Shown here in pieces: positions 1 to 8,109 of a stretch of DNA of 32,000 nt. The number at the start of each line of letters is the position of its first letter. The first letter of the stretch is position 1. The stretch is from contig LT962688.1 in NCBI GenBank assembly GCA_900234795.1, forward strand, positions 5,280,001-5,312,000. The letters run 5' to 3'. Made by a program: the position numbers and the translations under genes. Under the pieces are notes generated by a model. That model saw only the letters and a program-made list of their open reading frames with translations. It had not been told where the DNA came from and ran no database searches. The DNA is from Methylorubrum extorquens. GTDB lineage: Bacteria > Pseudomonadota > Alphaproteobacteria > Rhizobiales > Beijerinckiaceae.

Positions 1-1607
1 AAGCCTGCTTCGTTCAAAATCGCGCCGAGGATCGGGCTGTTGTACTGGTAGCGCAGCAGGTGGCCCGAAAGGCTGTCGCCGAAATTGGCCGAGACGCCGC
101 CCGCGCCGTTGCCGCCGCCCATCATCCCGCCCGCATCGAAGATGCGGATCGAGTCGATCTTCTCCACCGCCCGCATGCTCTCGCGCAGGGCATCCGGGAT
201 GATGCCGAGGCGCTTGAGGTTCGTCTCGAAAGCGCGGGCCTCCGCCGACAGCGCGTTGCGGGCCTCGTTCATCACCCGCTCGCGCTCGGCCTCGGCCTGT
301 CCGAGCTTGGCGATGGCCTCCGCCCGCGAGGCGGCGGCGGTCGCCTCGGCCTCGGCCAGGGTGATGATGGCGTTGGCCCGGTCTTCGGCGGCGCGCCGCT
401 CGGCCTCCGCCGTCACGGTGACGCCGGTCGCCTCCCGCTCGGCCTCCTGCTTGGCGGCGATGACGGTGACCTCGCGCTCACGCTCGGCGATCTCCTTGGC
501 TTTTGCCGTAGCGACCCGTTCCTCCGCGGCCACGGCGAGCGCCTCCGCCGCCTTGGCGGCGGCACGGGCCTGCGACTCCTTCTCGGAGCGCTCGGCGATC
601 TTGATGGCGTTGTCCTGAAGGATGAGTTGACGCTCGCGCTCGGCCTCCGCGTTGCGCTGGGCGATGGCCAGATCCGCCTCGATCCGCGCGCCCTCCGAGT
701 TCTTGCGCGCCTCGGCCTCGCGCAGCCGCACCACCTGCTCGCGCTCGATCCGCGCGGTCTCCTCGCTTTGCTGGGCGCGCTGCTCGGCCTGGGCGGTCTC
801 GGCCCGGGTCTCCGCGGTCTTGTTGGCGATGTCGCGCTCCTGGGCGAGTTCCGCCTCGCGGGTGGTGCGCTTGATCTCGAGCTGCTTCAGCGCGGTCTCG
901 CGGTCCTTCTCGGCCACCGCGACCTCGGCGTCGCGCTCGGTGGCGTTGCGCTCCTTGCGGCGCTGCTCGGTGATCTCCTTCAACCGCGCGAGGCCTTCCG
1001 CGTCGAACGAGTTGTCCGGGTTGAAATGCTCGATCGAGGTCTGGTCGAGGCGGGTCAGCGAGGCGGATTCGAGTTCGAGGCCGTTGTGGCGCAGGTCGCC
1101 CGAGACCGCCTCCTGCACGCCCTTCACGAAGGCGGCGCGCTTCTCCTGAAGGTCGGGCAGGGTCATGCCGGCAGCGACCGAGCGCAGGGCATCGACGAAC
1201 TTCGCCTCGATCAGCTCGCGCAGCAGCATCGCGTCGTTGGTGCGGTCACCCAGCGTCTGGGCAGCGAGCGCGATCGATTCCTCCTTGGGCTCCACGCGCA
1301 CGTAGAACTCCACGGTGATGTCGGCGCGCAGACGGTCCTTGGTGATGAGCGACTCGTTGCCGGAGCGCTTCACTTCGAGCCGCAGGGTGTTGAGGTTCAC
1401 CATGGCGATGGAGTGGAACACCGGCAGCAGCACCGCGCCGCCATCGACCACGACCTTGCGCCCGCCGAGACCCGTGCGGACGAAGGCGGTGTCCCGCGTC
1501 GTGCGCCGATAGAGCCGGCTGAACACGAAGCCGATGCCGAGCAACGCGACGACGATGATGCCGGCGATCACCAGCAGGTTGATGATGCCGGGGCTGATCA
1601 AATCCAT
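1..1607 (-). CDS. yqiK: Flotillin/SPFH (band 7) family protein, YqiK-like; C-terminal end runs off the window
   Basis: My own reverse-strand translation from ATG (1607-1605) is uninterrupted down to position 1. It reads MDLISPGIINLLVIAGIIVVALLGIGFVFSRLYRRTTRDTAFVRTGLGGRKVVVDGGAVLLPVFH..., an N-terminal membrane anchor plus SPFH core. A long Ala/Glu/Arg coiled coil follows (..GQAEAERERVMNEARNALSAEARAFETNLKRL..). It is absent from the ORF track because it has no stop inside the window. It lies directly downstream of a YqiJ-like gene. Confidence 0.85.
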   Translation of the reverse strand, partial: MDLISPGIINLLVIAGIIVVALLGIGFVFSRLYRRTTRDTAFVRTGLGGRKVVVDGGAVLLPVFHSIAMVNLNTLRLEVKRSGNESLITKDRLRADITVEFYVRVEPKEESIALAAQTLGDRTNDAMLLRELIEAKFVDALRSVAAGMTLPDLQEKRAAFVKGVQEAVSGDLRHNGLELESASLTRLDQTSIEHFNPDNSFDAEGLARLKEITEQRRKERNATERDAEVAVAEKDRETALKQLEIKRTTREAELAQERDIANKTAETRAETAQAEQRAQQSEETARIEREQVVRLREAEARKNSEGARIEADLAIAQRNAEAERERQLILQDNAIKIAERSEKESQARAAAKAAEALAVAAEERVATAKAKEIAEREREVTVIAAKQEAEREATGVTVTAEAERRAAEDRANAIITLAEAEATAAASRAEAIAKLGQAEAERERVMNEARNALSAEARAFETNLKRLGIIPDALRESMRAVEKIDSIRIFDAGGMMGGGNGAGGVSANFGDSLSGHLLRYQYNSPILGAILNEAG

Positions 1608-1643
1608 CGTGAGCGACCCTTTCGGTGGGGAGAGAAGAAGCGA

Positions 1644-2312
1644 TCAGAGATCCGGCGCGGCGGGCACCGCGACGTAGACGGCGTCGGCCCGGTCCACGAT
1701 CAGCACGCGGGCGCCGGCTTCCATGGCCGGGGCTCCGGGGGCGGCGCGGGTGCGCAGGAAGTGGGTGTTGCCGTGGCGGTCCAATGCCCGGACTTGGCCC
1801 GGAAGGCCTTGGTCGAGCGGCCCGAGGGTGACCTCCGCAGTCGCGCCGATCAGGTCGTCGGCGCTCACGACGTAGCTCTCGTCCCGCGGGATCAGCCGGG
1901 CGATAGCCTTGGTCGAGACCCGCAGGGCCGGCAGCGTCGCCGCTCCGGCGACCGGAATTGCCAGGAGGGCGGGCAGCGGCGCGATCACGGCCGCGGCGAG
2001 GCCCTGCACCACGAAGCCCGCCAGGGCGAAGACGGCCAGTGCCAGGATCAGCAGGATCAGGAAGGGCACCCGGCCGAGATTGACCCACGACATCACCGCG
2101 GCGGGCGAGAAGGCGGCGTCTGCATCCGCCGCGCTCGTCAGGTCGCCGCCGCCTCCCGCCTCGTGACCGAGAGCACCGTCGACCAGTCCCGAGAGGGACT
2201 GCCCGAGGAGGAGGGACAGGGCCTCCACCGCGACGAGGCCGGCCATCACCACCGCGGCCAGGGTGAAGGGGAACAGGGCGGAGCCGGCGAGGGGGCCCAC
2301 CAGCGAAGTCAT
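1644..2312 (-). CDS. yqiJ: YqiJ family / NfeD-like inner-membrane protein (TM helices plus C-terminal OB-like soluble domain)
   Basis: 222-aa ORF with several hydrophobic helices (LFPFTLAAVVMAGLVAV.., VPFLILLILALAVFALAGFVV..). The C-terminal segment is GATAEVTLGPLDQGLPGQVRALDRHGNTHFLRTRAAP..ARVLIVDRADAVYVAVP, typical of YqiJ/NfeD partners of flotillins. Its ATG overlaps the pspA stop in an ATGA motif (2309-2312). Confidence 0.8.
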   Translation of the reverse strand: MTSLVGPLAGSALFPFTLAAVVMAGLVAVEALSLLLGQSLSGLVDGALGHEAGGGGDLTSAADADAAFSPAAVMSWVNLGRVPFLILLILALAVFALAGFVVQGLAAAVIAPLPALLAIPVAGAATLPALRVSTKAIARLIPRDESYVVSADDLIGATAEVTLGPLDQGLPGQVRALDRHGNTHFLRTRAAPGAPAMEAGARVLIVDRADAVYVAVPAAPDL

Positions 2313-2956
2313 GAGGGCCGGCCCTGCTTGAGCGCCGCGAGCCGGCGCTCGATGGCGTCGTCGCGGTGGAGACGATCCAGCTCCTCGACCGAGGGGTCGG
2401 CGACCGCCGAGGCGGTTCCGGTCACCCGGTCGATCGCCCGCAGCGATTGTTCGAGCTGGCGGGTGCGCGTCGCCTCCTCGCTGCCGTAGCCGTCGAGCGG
2501 GTCGGCCGCCTTGGCCGGGGGTTTGCGCAGGAGCGCGATACGGTGCTCGGCGTCGCGCCGAGCGGCGGTGGCCGCCTGCATCGCTTTTGTCGCCGCCCCG
2601 TGCCGCTCGGCGACGTCGGCAAGGCTCGAATCGATCGCCTCGATCTGACTCTCCAGGTCGAGCTGCCGCGCGATGCCGGCCCGCGCCAGATCCTCGCGCC
2701 CGTTCGAGAGCGCCAGCGACAGCTTCTCGGGCAGCGCCCGCAACTCGCCGTCGAGCTGGCCGCGCCGGGCGGAGAGCCGGTGTTCCTCGGCCTTGATCTT
2801 GCCGAGGTCGAGCCGGGCCTCGTGGATGACGGCATCGATCTCGCGCAGCGCCTGCTCGGCCACCGCGAGGCCGTTGCGATCCTCCACCGCTTCGAGGGCG
2901 GCGTTGGAGAGGCCGCCGATGATCCGGCCGACACGGGTCAGGATGTTCTCAGTCAT
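2309..2956 (-). CDS. pspA: PspA/IM30 (phage shock protein A) family protein, core gene from the internal SD-preceded ATG
   Basis: MTENILTRVGRIIGGLSNAALEAVEDRNGLAVAEQALREIDAVIHEARLDLGKIKAEEHRL...GREDLARAGIARQLDLESQI is a PspA-type long coiled coil. ATG at 2956-2954 is preceded by CAGGAGGAGACCCGC, a strong SD about 7 nt upstream. The open frame continues upstream to 3448 (see next feature), so the annotated start could be 3448. Confidence 0.8.
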   Translation of the reverse strand: MTENILTRVGRIIGGLSNAALEAVEDRNGLAVAEQALREIDAVIHEARLDLGKIKAEEHRLSARRGQLDGELRALPEKLSLALSNGREDLARAGIARQLDLESQIEAIDSSLADVAERHGAATKAMQAATAARRDAEHRIALLRKPPAKAADPLDGYGSEEATRTRQLEQSLRAIDRVTGTASAVADPSVEELDRLHRDDAIERRLAALKQGRPS

Positions 2957-3448
2957 GCGGGTCTCCTCCTGCGGTGCGGTGACGGAGACGCCCACCTGGA
3001 TGGTGAGCGCGTCGCCCGCGATGGTGAGGCGGGCGCTGGAGAGTTCGCGCCAGGGGCCGTCGTAGCCCTCGACGCGGTAGGGCATCGTGCGCCGGCCGTT
3101 CATCGTGGTCAGCGCGATCTCCGAAGCGCCCTTCACGCTGAACAGCTTGTCGTCGAGCGGCATCGAGGTGACCGTCTCGGGGTCGAACCCGGCGGCGCGC
3201 TGGGCGAAGTCGCGGATGCCGAGCGTCACGAGTCGGGCGGGCAGTCCGGTCTCGTCGCGCACCCGCTGGTAGCCGTGCTCGATCAGGGCGACGACGTTGG
3301 CGCGCAGGCCATGCTCACGGCGGATCTCTTCGAGCAGAACGAGCATCCGCCGATAGGCCGCGAGCAGGGCGAACACCGCAGCGAGATCGTCCGGCTCGGG
3401 AAGGAGCCGGTAGGTGAGGCGAGAGGGAAGAGTTCCTGAGCGAGTCAC
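2957..3448 (-). other. 164-codon in-frame extension upstream of pspA; possible remnant of the N-terminal part of a TnpB/IS605-OrfB-like gene, or a novel PspA N-terminal domain
   Basis: Same frame as pspA with no stop between. Third-position GC is high through most of it, which looks like real coding sequence. The first ~10 codons (gtg act cgc tca gga act ctt ccc tct) are atypical, and the GTG at 3448 has no SD. Sequence: RLTYRLLPEPDDLAAVFALLAAYRRMLVLL.., ..ARLVTLGIRDFAQRAAGF.., ..MPLDDKLFSVKGASEIALTTMNGRRTMPYRVEGYDGPWRELSSARLTIAGDALTIQVGVSV. The pattern recalls the TnpB N-terminal region and stops just where the first RuvC motif would follow. This is recognition by eye only. Confidence 0.35.
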
Positions 3449-3651
3449 GAATCGAAGCTAAAACACCGTTTTGGTGTCTTCAACCGCGGCACATGCTTCG
3501 GCTGTAACATTCGAGCGTTCTTGCTCGCGTTGGGTGTGCTGAGGCACATCGATCTCAACCCCGATGGCTGGCGCCGCGCTGCGGTCATTGGGCTGTCACG
3601 CGACGGCGGTGCGACGTGCCTCTGCGATTCGCCGGTCGTCGGATCGAGCGG

Positions 3652-3687
3652 CAACAAAAAAGACCCCGCCCGTTGGGGCGAGGTCTC
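3652..3687 (-). terminator. Rho-independent terminator of the MCP gene
   Basis: The minus strand reads AGACCTCGCCCC-AACG-GGCGGGGTCT followed by TTTTTTGTTGC. It lies about 25 nt after the MCP stop codon (3711-3713). Confidence 0.8.
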
Positions 3688-3710
3688 TCCGTCGTGCCGT
3701 GGTGCGTGGG

Positions 3711-5408
3711 TCAGACGGCCCGGACGGTCGCGAGGAAGCGCTGGACCTCCGCCGACAGGTGTTCGGATTGCCGCGACAGCTCGGCGGACGAGGTCAGCAC
3801 CTGGCTCGCGGCGATGCCGGTCTCCTCCGAAGCCTGGGCGACCCCGGAGATGTTGCGCGTCACCTCGGCGGTGCCGCTGGAGGCCTGCGCAACGTTGCGT
3901 ACGATCTCCTGCGTGGCGGCGCCCTGCTGCTCGACCGCTGCGGCGATCCCGGCCGCCACATCGTTGATCTCGCGGATCCGGCTCGTGATCACGCCGATCG
4001 CCGCGACGGCCTGATCCGTGACACCCTGGATCTCACCGATCTGACCCGAGATCTCCTCGGTGGCGCGCGCGGTCTGGCTGGCGAGTTCCTTGACCTCCGT
4101 AGCCACGACCGCGAAGCCGCGACCGGCTTCACCCGCCCGCGCCGCCTCGATCGTGGCGTTCAGCGCGAGCAGGTTGGTCTGGGAGGCGATGTTGGAGATC
4201 AGCCCGACCATGTCGCCGATCCGGGCCGAGGTCGTCCGCAGCGCCTGAACCAAGTGGGTGGTCTGGTCGGCCTCGCCCACAGCGGCCTGGGCCAACCCGG
4301 ACGAGCCCTGCACCTGACGACCGATTTCCTGGACGGAGACCCCCAACTCCTCGGCGGCGGCGGCGACCGTGCCGACATTGGAGGCGGCTTCTTCGGCCGC
4401 CGCGGCGACGGTCGTGGATTGCGAAGCCGTCTCGGTGGCGGTTGCGGTCATCTGCTGGGCGGTGGCCTGCAGCTCGGTCGCCGAGGCGGACACCATGCCG
4501 ACGATGCCGCCGACCGCTGCCTCGAAGCCGTCGGCCAGTTCGACCAACGTGCGCTTGCGCTCGGCCGCTGCAGCTTCATCCGCGCGCCGACGCACCTCGG
4601 CCTCCTCGGCCGCCTTGCGGGCCACCATGGCCTTGATGCCCTCGACGGCCCGGCCGACCGCACCGATCTCGTCGCCGCGGGCGGCCTCCTTGATCTCGGC
4701 CTCGATCTCGCCGCGCGCCATCCGCTGGAGGACGCCCACCAGGCTTCCGAGCGGGCGGGTGATCGAGAGCACGACGATCGAACCGGCCAGCGCCATCGCT
4801 CCCAGCAGGCCCACGACCGCGAAGCTGATGAGCATGGCGGTGCCGCGATCGGCGTCGTCCGTTGCCTTCACCTTCGCCGCGGCAAGCTCGCTGGCCAGCA
4901 GCGTGGAGCGGTTCTGCATCCATTCGTTCAGCTTGAGCCGCGCCGGGATGCCGACATCCCGCGCGATCCGGAAGGCCTCGTCCCCCTGCTGACGCAGGCC
5001 GAGGTCGTAGACGCGATCGAGCGTCGCGAAGAAGCTCTCGATATCGCGCCGCACGGCCTCGTTGGCGGCCCGCCGCTCGGGCGTGTCGGCCAAGGTGAGA
5101 AGCCGCTCGGCGCCCTCCCGCGCCTCGGTCATGCCGGCCTGCTGGCGCGTCCGGAAGCGAGCCTTGTTCTGCGGATCGCTCTCGAGCAACATGTTGCGGT
5201 CCATCACCGCGGCCTCGGTGATGCCGCCCCGCATATGCAACAGCGCATCGAGGCGCACGGCCTGGACGTCGACGATCCGGGCGGTCTGTTCCGAAAGGCC
5301 GCGCATCACGTCGCGGGCGTAGACGATCAGGCCGGCGCTGATGATCAGAGTCAATGCGAATGGTAATGCAATTTTAACTAATAGCTTCGCGTTGCTGAAA
5401 ACGTTCAT
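3711..5408 (-). CDS. Methyl-accepting chemotaxis protein (N-terminal TM, sensor region, second TM, HAMP, MA signalling domain)
   Basis: 565-aa ORF. Conserved signalling hairpin: ..[57 protein letters not shown]... Two hydrophobic segments flank a ~170-aa periplasmic region. Confidence 0.9.
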   Translation of the reverse strand: MNVFSNAKLLVKIALPFALTLIISAGLIVYARDVMRGLSEQTARIVDVQAVRLDALLHMRGGITEAAVMDRNMLLESDPQNKARFRTRQQAGMTEAREGAERLLTLADTPERRAANEAVRRDIESFFATLDRVYDLGLRQQGDEAFRIARDVGIPARLKLNEWMQNRSTLLASELAAAKVKATDDADRGTAMLISFAVVGLLGAMALAGSIVVLSITRPLGSLVGVLQRMARGEIEAEIKEAARGDEIGAVGRAVEGIKAMVARKAAEEAEVRRRADEAAAAERKRTLVELADGFEAAVGGIVGMVSASATELQATAQQMTATATETASQSTTVAAAAEEAASNVGTVAAAAEELGVSVQEIGRQVQGSSGLAQAAVGEADQTTHLVQALRTTSARIGDMVGLISNIASQTNLLALNATIEAARAGEAGRGFAVVATEVKELASQTARATEEISGQIGEIQGVTDQAVAAIGVITSRIREINDVAAGIAAAVEQQGAATQEIVRNVAQASSGTAEVTRNISGVAQASEETGIAASQVLTSSAELSRQSEHLSAEVQRFLATVRAV

Positions 5409-5640
5409 TGAACGAACCTAGAATTCGGCAAAATGCCCAAAACTTATTCAGCAACGCCCCTCGTGAAATCTGAGTTAACATTTGCAATAGAGGGAGGGCC
5501 CTTGTCGCAGGGGGGCAACGTAGCCGTGCGGCTCCGAGGCAGGCTCTGCCCATCCGCTCCGAACGCAGCCGGGCCCCTTGGCGTCAGCGGCCATCAGCGG
5601 GTGCAGCGGACGCGCTCGGCCTCACCTGATCACCTGCCCT

Positions 5641-6090
5641 TCATCCCACTTGCCGGATCGCCTCGCCCAGCATCATCGCGGCGCAGACTGCAACGTTGAG
5701 TGAGCGCAGGCCCGGCCGGATCGGCACCACCACGCGGGCATCGGCCGCCGCGTGAACCGCTTCCGGCACGCCGGCGGATTCACGGCCCATCAGCAGGCAG
5801 TCGCCGTCGCGGAACGCGTGCTGGGTGTAGGGCACCGAGCCGGTGGTGGTGGCGAGAACGAGGCGGATACCGGTCTCGCGCCGCCACGCCTCGAAGGCGT
5901 CCCAGGAACGGTGCCGGGTGATCGCGACGTGGTCGAGATAGTCGAGCCCCGAGCGGCGCAGGTGCCGGTCGGACACGTCGAAACCCGCCGGTTCGATGAT
6001 CTCCAGGGCGATCCCGAGGCAGGCAGCCATGCGCAGCATCGTGCCCGTGTTCTGCGGGATGTCGGGCTGGTAGAGGGCGAGGCGCAGCAT
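5641..6090 (-). CDS. trmL: tRNA (cytidine/uridine-2'-O-)-methyltransferase TrmL (SpoU/TrmH family)
   Basis: 149 aa: MLRLALYQPDIPQNTGTMLRMAACLG..., ..LLMGRESAGVP.., ..IPIRPGLRSLNVAVCAAMMLGEAIRQ. These are the characteristic SPOUT motifs, and the size matches TrmL. Confidence 0.85.
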   Translation of the reverse strand: MLRLALYQPDIPQNTGTMLRMAACLGIALEIIEPAGFDVSDRHLRRSGLDYLDHVAITRHRSWDAFEAWRRETGIRLVLATTTGSVPYTQHAFRDGDCLLMGRESAGVPEAVHAAADARVVVPIRPGLRSLNVAVCAAMMLGEAIRQVG

Positions 6091-6228
6091 CGGCGGGGGA
6101 GGGATTGCGAAGGGGCGGGGTCAGGGTGAGACAGGGCAGGGTCTTGCCTGCGGCATGGGCGCGGGGTTGGCCCGGCGTCAAGGAGGCTTACCTCAGCCTC
6201 TCATTCCTCGCTTGGTCTCACAAAAAAC

Positions 6229-8085
6229 ATGTTCCTCGATTGGCTCGAGCGCCGCATCGATCCGTTCGCGCCCTTCGACGACCGGCGCGTGCCGCCGAAG
6301 ACGGTGCTCGGCTTCGCAGGGTTCTATCTGCGGCCGATCCGCTTCGCGCTGCTGGCCCTGTTCGTCATCGCCGTGGTCGCGGGCGGCATCGAGGCATCGC
6401 TCTACCTGCTCATGCGCTGGTTCATCGACCTGATGAACGCGGCCGACCGCACCACCGTGCTGAGCGACAACGCCGTGCCGCTGACGCTCGCCGCGCTGCT
6501 GCTCCTCGTGGTGCGCCCGCTGGCGGCCTTCCTGCATGAGCTGGCCTCGAACCAGCTCATCGTGCCGCAATCGACCAACCAGATCCGCTGGCGCACCCAC
6601 CTCTACACGCTGGGGCACTCGCTCTCGTACTTCCAGGCGGATTTCGCCGGGCGGCTCGCCAACCGCACGGTGCAGGTCGGGCCGGCGGTGCGCGAACTCG
6701 CCGTCGTGTTCATCGACACGCTGCTCTACGTGGCGATCTACGCGGTCACCGCAATCGGGCTGTTCTCCTCGATCTCCGGCTGGCTGGCGCTTCCCGTCGT
6801 CCTCTGGGTGGTGGCCTATGCCGGGCTGACGGCGTGGTTCGTGCCACGCGCCCGCAAGCGCTCGCACCTCACCGCCGAGACCCGCTCGACCCTGATCGGC
6901 CGGGTGGTCGACAGCTACACCAACATCCTCACCGTCAAGCTGTTTGCCCGCGACCGCGAGGAGCGCGCCACCGTGCGCGATGCGGTCGATACCCACACGC
7001 GCGCCTATCTCCACCAGTTCCGGCTCACCACGCTGACGACGAGCCTGCTGGCGGGGCTCAACAGCCTGCTCCTGTTCGCCACCGCGGCCGTCTGTTTCGC
7101 GCTGTGGCAGCGCGGTGCGCTGACGACCGGCGAAGCTTCGGCCGGCCTCGCGCTGATCCTGCGGCTGATGGCGATGTCGGGCTGGGTGATGCAGACCGTG
7201 CGCGGCGTGTTCGAGAATGTCGGCGTGATTCAGGAGAGCATGCAGACCATCGCCCGTCCGCACGGCCTCACCGATGCGCCCGATGCGAAGACGCTGCAGG
7301 TCACCGGCGGCGAGATCCGCTTCGAGAACGTGGATTTCCACTACGGGCGGGGCGATGCCAGCATCATCGAGGACCTATCGTTCCAGATCCGTCCCGGCGA
7401 GAAGGTCGGGCTCGTCGGCGTCAGCGGCGCGGGCAAGAGCACCATCACCGCGCTGCTGCTGCGCCTGCACGATGTCGAGGGCGGTCGCATCCTGATCGAC
7501 GGGCAGGACATCGCCGGGGTGACGCAGGATTCCCTGCGCCAAGCCATCGCCATGGTCAGCCAGGACACCTCGCTGCTGCACCGCTCGATCCGCGACAATA
7601 TCGGCTACGGCCGCCCGGATGCCACCGACGCCGAGATCGAGCAGGCGGCGCGGCTGGCGCATGCCCACGAGTTCATCCTCGACCTCGTGGACCACAAGGG
7701 CCGGCGCGGCTACGACGCCCATGTCGGCGAGCGCGGGGTGAAGCTCTCGGGCGGGCAGCGCCAGCGCATCGCGATTGCCCGCGTCATCCTGAAGGACGCG
7801 CCGATCCTGATCCTCGACGAGGCGACGAGTGCCCTCGACAGCCAGGTCGAGGCGGCGATCCAGGAGGCGCTCGACACGCTGATGGGCGACAAGACCGTGC
7901 TGGCCATCGCCCACCGGCTCTCGACCATCGCCGCGCTCGACCGGCTGATCGTGATCGACAGCGGCCGGATCGTCGAGGAGGGCACCCACGCCGAACTGAT
8001 CCGCCGGGGCGGGCTCTACGCCGACCTGTGGCGGCGCCAGTCCGGCGGCTTCCTGGGGGATCGGGCGCCGGCTCCGGCCTCCTGA
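6229..8085 (+). CDS. ABC exporter, fused permease/ATP-binding protein (MsbA-like type I exporter)
   Basis: 618 aa with an N-terminal 6-TM domain. NBD motifs: Walker A GVSGAGKST, signature LSGGQRQRIAIAR, Walker B ILILDEATSALD, H-loop AIAHRL. Confidence 0.9.
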   Translation: MFLDWLERRIDPFAPFDDRRVPPKTVLGFAGFYLRPIRFALLALFVIAVVAGGIEASLYLLMRWFIDLMNAADRTTVLSDNAVPLTLAALLLLVVRPLAAFLHELASNQLIVPQSTNQIRWRTHLYTLGHSLSYFQADFAGRLANRTVQVGPAVRELAVVFIDTLLYVAIYAVTAIGLFSSISGWLALPVVLWVVAYAGLTAWFVPRARKRSHLTAETRSTLIGRVVDSYTNILTVKLFARDREERATVRDAVDTHTRAYLHQFRLTTLTTSLLAGLNSLLLFATAAVCFALWQRGALTTGEASAGLALILRLMAMSGWVMQTVRGVFENVGVIQESMQTIARPHGLTDAPDAKTLQVTGGEIRFENVDFHYGRGDASIIEDLSFQIRPGEKVGLVGVSGAGKSTITALLLRLHDVEGGRILIDGQDIAGVTQDSLRQAIAMVSQDTSLLHRSIRDNIGYGRPDATDAEIEQAARLAHAHEFILDLVDHKGRRGYDAHVGERGVKLSGGQRQRIAIARVILKDAPILILDEATSALDSQVEAAIQEALDTLMGDKTVLAIAHRLSTIAALDRLIVIDSGRIVEEGTHAELIRRGGLYADLWRRQSGGFLGDRAPAPAS

Positions 8086-8109
8086 GCGAACGAACGGAGC
8101 TGAGAACAC

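Noticed and set aside
60-2489. 809-aa plus-strand ORF spanning the flotillin and yqiJ region. Similar very long ORFs occur at 3564..5366(+), 6193..7341(-), 6834..8474(+), 15401..16489(-), 19006..20928(+), 25540..27168(+), 27065..28213(+, the part upstream of fliM) and 28064..29656(-).
   Set aside because: They lie antisense to, or out of frame with, genes that have clear family signatures. They are dominated by Arg/Gly/Ala/Pro/Leu with no recognisable motifs. They are the expected by-product of stop-codon scarcity in very GC-rich DNA.
5422-5446. Sigma-28 (FliA)-like promoter upstream of the MCP gene: TAAGTTTT ... GCCGAATT on the minus strand.
   Set aside because: The spacer is about 2 nt shorter than the TAAAGTTT-N11-GCCGATAA consensus. 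The -10 element ends only 13 nt before the ATG, leaving no room for a normal leader or SD. The resemblance may simply reflect the AT-rich island.
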